Below are positions 1-12,263 of a stretch of 64,000 nt of DNA, in pieces (position 1 is the first letter of the stretch; every line of letters starts with the position of its first letter). Source of the DNA: Camelus ferus (lineage: Eukaryota); the NCBI RefSeq assembly GCF_009834535.1, contig NC_045707.1:63986001-64050000 (forward strand), written 5' to 3'. A program made the translations under genes and the position numbers. Under the pieces are notes generated by a model that was not told the origin of the DNA, ran no database searches, and was given only the letters and a program-made list of their open reading frames with translations.

Positions 1-463
1 GCTCAGCATCCGGCACTCGAAAGCATTTTAGCACTTTACCAGTCGTTGGTCGAAGTCTCCATGGTCCAGCCCTAAACTGCTGGATTAGGTTCCCCTCTCT
101 CCAGACCCTTCCAGACAGTCTATATTCCAGCCACACCCACGTGTCCTAAGATTTTGCCCTTTAGATTGACACAGGAAGTATATTTCCAGTGAAATACTAT
201 AGTTCAAGGGAGGGGATGTGGAGGAAACTTGTCCTGTGGTTTCCCGCACCCAGGCTTTGCTGGAGTCATGTAGACCAGAGAAACCACATGTCAAGTACAG
301 GCACAAGGAAGTGTTGTCCAGAGGAAGTGGCCATTGTCTCCTCCTGGTCAACGCTGCCTGCCTGTATCCCACTCGTCCTCCAATCTGAAATGCTCTTCCT
401 CTTCCTGCTTCTACTCCTGGCCCCTCTGTAGATGCTCTGCATGGTGGCCAAATATAGCTTTTC

Positions 464-1361
464 TTTTCTTTTCTTTTCCTTTTCTTTTTCACTTGTTTTT
501 AAATTGAAGTATAGTTGATTCACATCATTGTGTTATTTTCTGGTGTACAGCGTGGTGATTCAGTTATACACATATATTCTTTTTCATTATAGGTTATTAT
601 AAGATACTGAATATAGCTCCCTGTTCCATACAGTAGGACCTAGTTGGTTATCTATTCTGTATATAGTAATTTGTATCTGCTAATCCCAAACTCCTAGTTT
701 ATCCATTCCCCTCCCCACTGCCCTTTGGTAACCCTAAGTTTGTTTTCTATGTCTGTGAATCTCTGTTTTGTAAATAAGTTCATGTGTGTCACTTTTTAGA
801 TTCCACATAGAAGGGATAATCATATATTTGTCTTTTTCTGTTTGACTTACTTCACTTAGTATGATAATCTCTAGGTCCATTCATGTTGCTGCAAATGGCA
901 TTATTTTATTCTTTTTTATGGCCGAGTAGTATTCCATTGTATACACATACCCCATCTTCTTTATCCAGTCATCTGTGGAAGGACATTTAGGTTGCTTCCA
1001 TGTCTTGGCTATTGTAAACAGTGCTGCTATGAACATTAGGGTTGATATGTATCTTTTTGAATGAGAGTTCCCTCCGGATATATGCTCAGGAGTGGAATTG
1101 CTGGATCATATAAGTCTATTTTTAGTTTTTTAAGGAATCTCCGTAATGTTTTCCATAGTGGCTGCACCAGTTTATATTCCCAGCAATAGTGTAGGAGGGT
1201 CCCCTTTTCTCCACACCTTCTCCAGCATTTGTCATTTGTGGACTTTTCAGTGATGGCCATTCTGACTGGTGTGAGGTGATAACTCATTGTTGTTTTGATT
1301 TACATTTCTCTGATAATTAGCAATATTGAGCATCTTTTCATGTGCCCATTGGCCATCTGCA
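464..1361 (-). mobile_element. 5'-truncated LINE-1 (ORF2 C-terminus + 3'UTR) with 15-bp TSD
   Basis: ORF 1036-1287 ([37 protein letters not shown]) is the L1 ORF2 C-terminus. T-rich tail at the left end. TSD caaatatagcttttc (449-463) / caaatgtagcttttc (1362-1376). Confidence 0.93.
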
Positions 1362-1379
1362 CAAATGTAGCTTTTCAAA

Positions 1380-2010
1380 ACAGAATTAGATAATTCTCTG
1401 GCACAGCCTGAAACTGCCCAATGGATTCTTATTTGCTCTTAGATTAAATAAAAATGCCTCTGCATGACTGACAAGGCCCTGGGGGATCTGGCTCCACCTG
1501 ACCCTCCATCCTCATCTGGACTCACTGTTCCCTCAGTCACCCCACTCACTTGCCACTGTGCGGCTCCTCCTGGACCCCTAGATCCCAAGTGCTTTCCCTT
1601 CTCAGGTCTTCTACTGTGTGTTTATCTATGCCCAGGACACTCGTCTGCCCCTCACCCTCCCTTCCCAAGGCTGCTCCTCTTCATTCTTAAATACCACTTT
1701 TTCAGATAAGTCTTCCTGACCTTCTGGTCCAGAAGAGTTCCTTTCCCATCTTGCCTTGCTCTTCTTCCTGCCTCCCTCTTTCTTCCCTCCAGGACACACC
1801 CCCTGGCCTCCCCACACCCCCACCACCTCCCACCACCATTCTTTTCACTTAAGAAAAGTTTGTGGTCACATCTTTATTTACTTTCATGTCCTCCTTTCTT
1901 GAATACCATGAGGCCAGAGGGCTGCTAAATGACCAGCTTTTAGCACAGCGTCTGCCACGTGGTTGACAATCAATACATACTCTTGTTGAGTGACTGGCCA
2001 GCTGAGTGAG
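1380..2010 (+). mobile_element. Degenerate LINE-2 3' fragment
   Basis: L2-like motifs (acaaggccctgggggatctggctcc...; agcacagcgtctgccacgtggttgacaatcaatacatac...gagtgagtg). Confidence 0.55.
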
Positions 2011-3989
2011 TGTCACATTCTCTGGCGTTATTCCCTTCCTTTCTTATTTCTAGGAGGATTTTTTTACTAAGGATGTTTTCATGGGTCTCAGAGGATAGCA
2101 TAGCAAGCAGATTAAAGAATACTGTGTCTACCTTGTGTTTCCTTTCAACAGCTGGCTGACGTGTACTTTTAAAAATAACTCTACTATAAATGCAAATCTA
2201 TTTATCAAAAAGATATTGATCAACAATGGATTAAAAAAAAGAAAAAGGAATCAAATAAATCTCACTAACTAATCTTTGAGTTCATTTCTGGTTGAATATG
2301 GAAGACATAGAAACATGACTGTATTTCAAAATCAAATAGAGAGGGTATAACTTCTATTCCTAGTTTGCCAATGAATAGTATGTGAGCTTGTGTAGACACA
2401 CACCCTTCTTTCTAAGCTGAATTTTTTCTCCCATTAAATGGAAAAAATCTTGACTATTCTTAACTCAGTGATATGGGAAATGCCAATGCAATATTTATAC
2501 AGCATATTCTGAGATCCTTTGACGTGCCTACCATATATTTAATGAACTCTTGTTATTCTTGCAATACTTTAAAGCATTTAAAACTCAAAACAATGCAGTA
2601 AAAAAAAAAAAAAAGAAATGTAATTCTCCAAAAAATTCTCCAGAATACTTCAAGAATTGAATTGAACTACCCAAGAGTTTGATTAAACATTCCTTTACTT
2701 TAAGTAATCTTAAATACTGACTTGCATTGGAAAGATGAGAGAGAAAAATTTCTCTGTGTCACAGTGGCACTTTTCAATTACCCTACGAGAGTAATTTGCT
2801 GGCTTAATGTCTGTCTTCATGTCAATCTGAGGCTGATAGACCAACTCTACAGAGACACTATTCAGTTTCAGATAAACCTTTTTCCCTTCAGTTTAGCCAA
2901 GATTCCAGTAGAGGGAGCAGAGTCAACAATTAGAGAAGAGAGACTTTTAAAATTCAGACACTCAACAGTGAAAAGACCAAGTGCTGCATTAATTTAAAAA
3001 ACATGTAAGACTTAATTTTAGATGCCAATAACCAGGTTTATCTCTATTGCTCCCAAAGTATTGCCATGATAAAAGCAATTCTCTGCCTTTCCTTAACAAC
3101 AGCTACAGAACATTCATTTATATGCTTACAAGTGCCTCGAAAACCAGTAAGTCACTGATGAACTTTTAAAAATGACCAAAGGAGTAATCATTCATTGTTA
3201 TCGGTTAATGAGTTACAAAGTCTGAGAAAATGTAAAAATAAATGTAACATCAAGAGTCTTTTCAACCAAGTCTGACTACATATGCAATCAGAAATTCAAA
3301 ATGTCGGTGTAAGCTATATCAAATGTACAATTATTAACTGAGAAAAGGTCAAAAAAAAAAAAAACAAACACCAGGGAAACGTTAAAATGGTAAGATCTGT
3401 GCTTGTATCTTTACAATGAATCTTGTTAAGTGAAATGAGTCATATGTGAGAAAAAGTGCATATTGATGATTAAGCCACAAGAGCAACGCAGGTCAGGAAC
3501 TGTACCAACCACGAGGAAGTGAGTTTACAAATCTTACTACAAATGAAACAGTAAGAGGTAGAGCTTTAACACTCATGGAAACGTACCATCAGTTGTCACA
3601 CGGCCAATTCCAGTCTCCCCGCAGCTGGGGCAAGCGCAGCTTGTGTGGCAGGTCTACTTACTAGCTCCCTAGCAGTTTAGAGTCATGAGAGGAGACCATA
3701 ATTAAAACGAAAAATCCCCAGGGCTGCCACTGGCATAAACGATCAGTGACAAGATAAGGATTTTATACTTTAATACCGTACTGTGTAGTTTTAAATGTGT
3801 TTTCATGAATACGAAATTTTGTATTCTTTTACTTTACTTCTTTAAAATTAAATTTAAATTTTACTTTAGGTCAAAGTGTTTGTATGTATACACACAATAA
3901 TATGTATCTTATATAGATACATATATATGTGTGCGTGTGTATATATATGTGTATATATATAGCCTTATAATACACATATATATATATAT

Positions 3990-4500
3990 CCTTATAATGA
4001 AAAAAATACAGAAACAAAAACTAAGCCACCAGACCCCTGTCCCACCCCTTCCAGCCCTGATTCCCACTTCTCAGAAGCAACCCTTTGCACTCTACAGTCC
4101 AGAGTCTCTCAAGGGTCACTCTGTTCAGACTGCCACTTCCCAGTCTTCTACTAGGGTTATTGTTTGTGGTGGGAGTTTGGGTGGTGAGGAAACAGTTGTC
4201 TGGCTGTGTGAGCTAAAGGAGATGTTTAATTGCTTATTATTAAGACTTTCAGTGAATCCTTCTATTCTCAACATTACTTGGACCTTCAAAAGTACCCTTT
4301 ACCAGGGTTTTACCCTGGAGGTGGCTTGCTTCTTAGCCCATGCCCATTGCTCTGCGAAGTCATTTCACGAAATTGTTAGCACATCTATCCTTTCTATTAT
4401 CGTTTCCTCCCCTGTTCTCTTTGTCTTAGTAGGTTGATGCTTTTTAAATTACTTTTCTGCCACTTGAGATAAACATGTGTTTAATCTGCTACATGTTTCC
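3990..4500 (-). mobile_element. Old L1M-type 3' fragment
   Basis: aaaaaatacagaaacaaaaact...ccagccctgattcccacttctcagaagcaacc resembles an ancient L1ME 3' end. Confidence 0.4.
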
Positions 4501-7500
4501 AATATTTAAGCTGAAACCGCATACCAATTATTCAAATGTCTACTTGTTTCAGGAATAATGTTTTACTTTCCCAATCCATAATAGCCTGATTAAAAATAGC
4601 CACAATAGGGTATCTGTGTGGCTTTTCTCCTAGTCACACTCGGGAACTTTAGTCCCCAGCAGATTTTCTTCCCAAATCATTCTGGAAGTTCCAGCCTTGG
4701 CTGGGATGACTCACCTGCATGCCAATAACTAGTTCTTTTGACCAAAGAGCATCTACTCTTTACCTCTTCTCCTGCCCTAACTTGCCATGGTGATATGTCA
4801 AACTCTATCAATGATCAGTCGTCTGTATCCCAGATGCTCAACCCAGGCATTTTCCACCAGAAACTAAAAAGTGTCTGGGGCTCCACTGGTACCACCATCA
4901 CCAAAGTCACTGCCATTATCAGTGCCACTGCTCGTGACCCAACCCTTTGTAGGTGGGCACAATTCCCTTTACATCCTTCGTGCAAGGGTCTTGGGTCCTC
5001 CACGTAAATAAACCCTTCCTTGGTCATGCCTGAATTCCAGAGTAGAGACGGCTTGAGTGCAAGTTAAGTCACTTAACCAGTGTGATCCCACTTACAAGTC
5101 TATAAGCCTCCAAAGAACATGTTTTTAACTACTGCATGTCAAGAAGGCTATCAACACATTTTCCATAAGTTGGGAGGGCTTCCTGAAGGAGATGAGATGT
5201 CAGCAGCCTTTTTTAGCATCAAAAGAAGAATAGAAAGGTAAGGTGGGCTTTCAGAGGGAGTGGCTGGGATTCTGACTGGTGCGTTTGTGTAACTTTCTTG
5301 TCCCTCTGCTGATCCGGGTGGCTGGACAGTGTCCTGTTCTTCCCTCATGAATATGTGAGTCCCATCCGATCATCTGCTCAAGGAGAACAACCTACCTAGA
5401 CAGAAGAATCTTATGTGTCAATTATCGACACGTTGGTGATTCTTCTATCTTATTAGCACCTGCAAGCTAACTCCCAAGGTCCCAAGGTAGGAGTGAAATG
5501 ACCAAGGAAGGACGTGAGACGTACAAGATGAAAGCTTTCACTTTCCAAGTAAAATAAAAATGGTAAAAGTTTCTTAGTCCTATGAATATGATGGAAGACC
5601 AATCACCCCATAAAACCCCTTCCAGATCTTAGCTGGTTAAGAATTAATCTCTTCCTTCATCAAACACTCAAAGAACATTCTTTGTACTTACATTAAACAG
5701 TTCATCACATTTCTACTAACACAGCTCTGAGGCATCCAACACTTAAACTGAGTCTTGGAGAGATGTGTTGGCTGAGATAAAGGGAGGGGTGAGAGGGAAG
5801 AGCGTTTCTGGTGGAGGACAGCATGCACAAAAGCACCAGGGCACGAGAGAGCAGGCTGCTCTCCAGAAACTACAAATTGGTTGGCATCGTTGAATGGAAG
5901 GGCTTGTGTTGCAGCACAACCCAGCACAAGGCCTGAGCAGCATCAAGGGCCAGAACCAGACCAAGCTGGCCTCATATGTCATGTTGAGAAGCTCAGACTA
6001 TCCTAGAGGCTCTGAGAGCCACTGCAGGATTTTAAGTAGAGAAATGACATCATCTTTGGATTTAGTAAACTCTTGAGTGATAGTTCTTTCTCTTTGAAAG
6101 ACATAAAAAGGGAGTGATGTTTTGTTTTTGGAGATGGTGTATAATATTTCTGTTTATTTTCTCTGTTTCTTGATAGAGCGAGCATTGAGTATTTTCTCAT
6201 TTTTGTGCATATTCCATATTCATTTTGAATTCAACACACTAACAGGCTTCAATTATAACAATTCTTCACACTTTCTTTTGTGATCAAGCAATCTTCCGAG
6301 ATGCGTTTTTAAAAGACTTACGTGTCTGCTAGCCTCAGACTGGCTGTAAGAATCTTCTTGAACCCTACTAACAATTCCAATTAGTCATAGATCAAAACGT
6401 TAATGTGGACAGATTAAAGCAGAAGCCCTCATGCTTTATTTCCTAATATCATCTGTCTTTGCTTTGAAAATCACACCAATGGAATCTTCTGCATCTGTAC
6501 ACCCCAAAGGCACAATTTAATCTCCCTTGGCCAACATTAAAACTTTAAAGTAACTCTATGCTATGATGTATTTTTCATCCTTTTTCAAGTTCAAGCATTA
6601 TACAATTCACTTTTTATCAGCCTCATTCTTGTAGAGCGTCAGTTGCCACATTGTTTATAGTTTTAACATTATCGACAAGAAAACTTGAAAGCTTAAAGTT
6701 AAGTAAATGGATTTTTCCACATATTGTCATGTGGAACTGAACCTAGGCGAGGACATAATCTGGAGTGTTTTAACATATGTTGCTTTGTGATGTTTTAACT
6801 AATCCAGTATTTGAAAAGATTTGGGAAGCAAACCACTCATTTATAAACCTTACATGCAAAAATGAACAATTTCACCCCATTTCCTGGATCTATTTTAGAA
6901 TATTCTATAGATGAGAGTTTCCCACCTAAATTGAATTGTAGCCTTTAAAGTGCCTAAATTTTTCAAACGTTAAAATTTCATGTATGTCTTTAAATTTTTT
7001 TTAATTTTATAAAAAATGCCTTTTTAAAAAGAATTTAATTTTTTCTTGATTGCTCACGGTTGCCATCATAAAAAATCACCAGTGCTTGGGCTGGAAAACC
7101 TTTTGAAACTATTGAGTGAGGGCTGTAGGATTCCTTGTCTGCACGCCAAGTGATGGCAGATGGGTTGGCTTTATGTTGGGGGTCTAATTTGGGAATTCTT
7201 TCTGCTTCGCTATTGATTGGATTATCAGTTGATAAATCTTGCAGTTATCAGTGCACAGTGAAAGATGTCTTGGTGTTTAGCTTTTATGAAATTGTAGTTT
7301 ATCCTCAACATGCATTCAGAAAGCTAAGTCATCAAGCTTATCCAGATTCTACGTGAAAGAAAACGAACTGGATGTGAAAGGGAGTCAGAGGCTCCTTTTT
7401 ATAAGAGGCTTTAGTGTATGGGATTCGCACAGTCCTATTTGACATTCAGAGTCCTATGACATTTCTCGGCTCTGTTTCCCCCACCCACCCCGGCTCTGTT

Positions 7501-8829
7501 TTAAGAGGCTAACGTTGCTGGAAGACTGACCTCTGGGAAAGGGAGGCTTTATTTACCTGCCTGTTGTGATGCTAACTCTTTGATAGCTGCAGATGAACAC
7601 AGAGTGGATCACTTCAGGGTCTGGAGATACATGTAACTGTTTTGTCATTTCATTTGTTTCACACAGCAAGAAAAACACCAGTTACCTGATGAACTGAATA
7701 ATCGTATTCTGAAAATTAAGGATGACTTAGCTCATCACCCCAAATGTACCCTTCTTTTTTTAATCAAATCTTAAAAACATTTTTAAAGGAATTAAACTGA
7801 CATCATAGTGGAAATGAATGGAAACCTTATTCATTTTTCAGTCTCTTTCTGGAAATTCAGCATGTTGCATTAACTCATTTAAAGTTCATTTATCTATCAT
7901 CCGACAAATTAATAATGAACATTTTAAAAAGTATTGAATAAATGTTAATTTATAAACGCATTATGTAATTTCCCCCCAAGTCATAATTCGCTCACTCATG
8001 CACTCATTTATTGACTCAGCCAACATTTACTGAGAACATTTAATGTGGCGGGCCCGTGGGAAGTGCTAGGAATTCAAACTCCAATACGATGGTGGACACT
8101 GTTACAATCTTTCAGATGAGCTTGTTAATCTCTTTAAAGGCAGAGATTATTGAGAATTAAATACTCAAATATGATTATGCTCACATATGAATTATTTACA
8201 ACATAGTGTCTGTGGGCTGAAGCTTCGACCAATGGATTCATTGAATACTCTTGGAGAGAGAGGGAATTTAACCCAAAGTTATAAAATTTGCTCCCAGATG
8301 TTCCAAGTGAATTCTGCTGCCCACTTAGAATTAGTTTTGTAGTGTCCTTTTTGATCATAGGATGTGTTTCATTGCATCAACCCATGCTCCGATATGCACA
8401 TGCCGTGTGTAACACATTTCTCGCTACTGACTGCAGTGATTGAAGTCAGATGTTCTAAGCCCTCGTTTAGCCGGTATTCCTAATAGTGTCGTAATGCTGG
8501 TGCTGAGAGACGTGGATCACGCCCGTGTGGTGCAGGCCCCCCAGGCCTATCCTTTCTCAGGTTCTATTTGTTTAGCAGCATTCTCCAGACAAAGGCTCTG
8601 TCTCTTTTCCATTTCAAAAGCATATTTCTTATTGTAAAATCTCAGACAAGACAGGAGGGCTTGTTGTGGCAGTTTGATGTGGGAGGTGTGTTTAAATAAG
8701 GAAAGCATTGTGGAGCCTGTCACATCCATCCAGGCACTTCTGTCTCTGGGCGATTACTCGACCTGTGGGTGTCCGTGTATGTGGGCACACGTGCACACAG
8801 GAGAGCCTGGTACCCGAGACAGGGCGCTG

Positions 8830-9390
8830 GCCTTGGGGTCAGAGACCTTCCCTTCGCCACTTAGAAGCAAGTTACCCTCTCTGTGTATCCCTTTCCTTGT
8901 CTATAAAATGGGGATAATCATAGTTACCTCATAGGGGTTGCTCTGTGGATTAAATTGCAATGCAGTGTGTGTATATGCATGTGTTTTTATGATGAATTGT
9001 CCATGGCATATACAGGATGGTTTATTAACCAAGAATATTATGTGTGCACAAGTATATCACCATTTGTGAAAGAACTAAGACAGTTAATATTACAAGGATG
9101 TCAAAATGTGCCATGTTTCCCCCCCGATTCAGAATCCACCACGCAATCCATTTGCAATAATGGTAGCTAATATTCATTATATTAACATATATATTGATGC
9201 CATATATTGCTGCTTCTTTTACTATTTCATAGGCACTGGGCTAGGCATATGCAGTCGTCACAGTGATCTCTTGTGGTGGGCACTGTGACAGAAGAGAGAC
9301 TGAGTCACAGAGAAGCTAACGACCTTGCCTGAGATCACTAGCTGGTAAGTGGAGGAGGACTCAAAGCCAGGCAATCTGATTTTAGTGACC
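8830..9390. mobile_element. Two MIR SINE fragments (~8830-8960, ~9230-9390)
   Basis: MIR core motifs: ttccttgtctataaaatggggataatcatagttacctcatagggg, and gagactgagtcacagagaagctaacgaccttgcctgagatcac. Confidence 0.7.
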
Positions 9391-9419
9391 TTACCTTTAA
9401 ACAAACAAACAAAAAAACC

Positions 9420-9825
9420 CAACTTTATTGAGATATAACTCACATACCATACAGTTCTCCCATCTAAAATATACAATTCAATGATTTTTAGTATATCCAA
9501 GGAGTTGTGCAGCTATCACCAAAATCTAACTTTAGGACATTTTCTTCACCCAGAAAAGAAATTCTGTGCCTTTTAGCAGTCACTAACCATTACCCTCCCA
9601 TCCCCTTAATCTTAGGCAGCCACTAAGCTACCTTCTGTCTCTATGGACTTGCCTGTTCTGGACATTTCATATAAATGGAATTATACACAAGGTTTGCTCA
9701 TGCTGTATCATCTATCACTACTCCATTCCTGTTTATTGCTGAATAATGTTCCATTGCGTGGATATACCACATTGTATTTATCCATCCATCTGCTGATGGA
9801 CACCTGGGTTGTTCCTACTTTATGA
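9420..9825 (-). mobile_element. L1MB-like 3' end fragment
   Basis: aactttattgagatataactcacataccatacagttc...ggacttgcctgttctggacatttcatataaatggaa, typical of the L1MB 3'UTR. Confidence 0.8.
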
Positions 9826-9979
9826 TAGAACCCACATTCTTACCGATAAAGGTAGGCCTAATTAGAGATCATTATTTAGAGATTATGCATTATTTAGAGA
9901 TGATTTACTGTACTACTATAAAAGTTTGGGTGATGAGATAGTCTGCTTGTTTGCCTTCCAGATAAAAAGAATTTGCTAA

Positions 9980-11190
9980 TTCATTAAACATTTATTAAAC
10001 AAACATTGTATTCCAGGCTGGTGTGTCAGAGGCTGAAAGAAAATTCCTGTCCTTGTGGGTTTTACAGTGTGGGAGGGGAGGTAAATCATTAAAGAGTCAC
10101 AGAAGTGATAAGTGTTCTAACAAAGATGGGACCACAAGATGCTGTGGGAGCTCAGTGGGAGGGACCTATTGAGCCAGAAGAAGCAGGGACCATGCTGGGT
10201 GAAATAACAGGGCAGAAAGCCTTCCTGGAGGGGTGGCCTTGTGCTGGATCTTGAGGGATGTGTAGGAATTATCTAGGTGGAGGACAGCGAGGAAGAAGGC
10301 AACCTCTGCAGAAAGGACAGGGCATGCTTCACAGGGAAGTACCACGCGTGGCTTATTATAGTTTGTTACCAGGTGTGCATGAGGCTGTGGAGGGAGCTGA
10401 GCCCACTTGGAAATAGGGGTGGAAGTAAGATTACAGTGGGACTTAATGATCATACAAGGAGTCTGGGCTTTATTTCACAGTTCTGCGTTTCCCAAACTAC
10501 TCACACATTACTTTGCCATACAAGGGCGGTCACCCACCTATTATTTCATTTTTTAATACTCTTTTACATATCTGCACGTATACACACATACTTGTAGATA
10601 CATATGTAGATGAACCTAGAGATGTATAGATATATATATTAACTGACTCAAATTAGGTAAGTTTAATAAAAATGAAAAATTTCTATTACAATCTACAAAT
10701 GGAGAACCAGTACCACCTGTCATAAATAGGACACTGTTAAAGTATATACAGTGAAAATCAACTGACGTTATTAAACCCCGGTTAGATTCCTAGTTAGCTC
10801 TGCCAAGCTAAACTGAGCCTGAAGCCTGCCTTCCCTCTGCTAAGAAGGGAGTTCAGTGGGCGCCAGAGGAGTGCTGGAGACAAACCAGCCCTCATCAAGA
10901 CTTTCTCATTGATGAAGCCAGGAGGGGTTAAAAGGGAACGGACGAGGGCGTAACATTCCCACTCTGTGATGAGACGTTTCCGATTCTGTGACCCAGTACT
11001 AGAGGCTGCTGGTGTTACGGATACCCTGGGAAGTCACTGAAGGATTGCTGGCAGAGACATGTTCGGTATTAAGATGACATTTCTAGAAAGATCGCCCTGG
11101 TGGGTGGCCTGGAGAATGAACTGGAGGACAGTCAGCCCAGAGGGGGCCATTCCAACAGTCCAGGCGAGAAAAGAGGAACGGAAGGGGGCC
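9980..11190 (-). mobile_element. LINE-2 fragment interrupted by a probable hAT-type DNA transposon (~10479-11039)
   Basis: L2 3' end (ttcattaaacatttatt...) runs to ~10475 and resumes at ~11040. The intervening segment is bounded by cagttctgcgtttcccaaa ... ctgggaagtcactg, a degenerate CAG-type terminal inverted repeat. Confidence 0.5.
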
Positions 11191-12111
11191 CTCTTGGCTG
11201 GTGTGTGTGTCCTGTGATGCTGCTCCGGTCCTGGCTGAGCCTTCGCTAGGTCCTAGCTTTTAAAAGAGCAGGAAGCTGACGACTGGGCTTTCTAGCTGTT
11301 TTTGGGAGGGATTTGAGGCTGATGTGTCCAAGCCCATCCTTCACGGCCCTGTATCTTTAACTGCTACCACTGCAGTTAGGCAGTTACGTGGCAGCGTTCC
11401 TTCCAGGTTTGGGGGTGGGGGGTGGCCGACTGAGGTGAGCGGAGAAGCCGGCTCTAGCCTTCCCGGGTTTATCCTTTCAGCTTCCATCTCACTGGATTTT
11501 CTGTTTCTCTGCTCTGACCGCACCCGCACCTCCTGCCCCTCTGCGCTCCTTTGTGTCAGTGTCGCCTGCCATCAGTTCACTGTCAGCGACCCGGGGACGA
11601 GGGCACAGGAGGCCAGAGCCTGCTGTTCCTGAGTCTGCAGGCGCCGGGACAGCCCCCCGGGGAGGGGACCAGCGCAAAGGGACCCATCCAGCTCCCGGGG
11701 GCCCGTCGGGAAGAGAGGAGGAGTCACCTGGCACCTGCAGTCACCTCCAGAGCTCACTGAAGTGAGGACAAGAAGCGTGACACAGTCCAGAGTGGGGTCG
11801 ATTCTCGACCGCGTTGTGACTGGGTAGTATTTTAAAATTGCAGGCAGGTTTTTACCCTATGGAGAACCGTTTTGAATACAGTCTCTTTGGAAATGTGCTA
11901 CTCTTTAGGCTGAATAAATTTTACCTGGGCCCAAAACCAACGGCCAGATGCACAGAAGAATGAATGGAAGAAAAGTGATGCCCATATTCATTAAAATCTG
12001 ACTTATAATGAACACGTGTCTGTGACATTCTAGAAGCCTAAACAATCCACATATTGACATAAAGACTAAAAAAAAAAATCCAAACACCTTTCAAAACCTC
12101 TAATTGTCTTT

Positions 12112-12263
12112 GTGCTTTTTTTTTGAGGGGGGGAGGCAATTAGGTTTCTTTGTGTATTTTTGAATTAATTTTTAATTTAAGTTTTTAGTGGAGATACTGG
12201 GGATTGAATCCAGGACCTTGTGCATGCTAAGCATGCACTCTACCACTGAGCTATATCCTCCCC
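12112..12263 (-). mobile_element. Camelid tRNA-derived SINE (Vic-1 type), full length
   Basis: Minus strand reads ggggaggatatagctcagtggtagagtgcatgcttagcatgcacaaggtcctggattcaatcccc (A and B boxes), followed by aaacctaattgcctcccc and an A-rich tail. Confidence 0.85.

Noticed and set aside
3931..4437. 168-aa plus-strand ORF
   Set aside because: Begins in a TA/TG microsatellite and runs through an old L1 remnant.
12190..12263. tRNA-like sequence with A and B boxes (also ~47715-47790)
   Set aside because: Followed by a SINE body and A-rich tail, so these are SINE heads and not tRNA genes.
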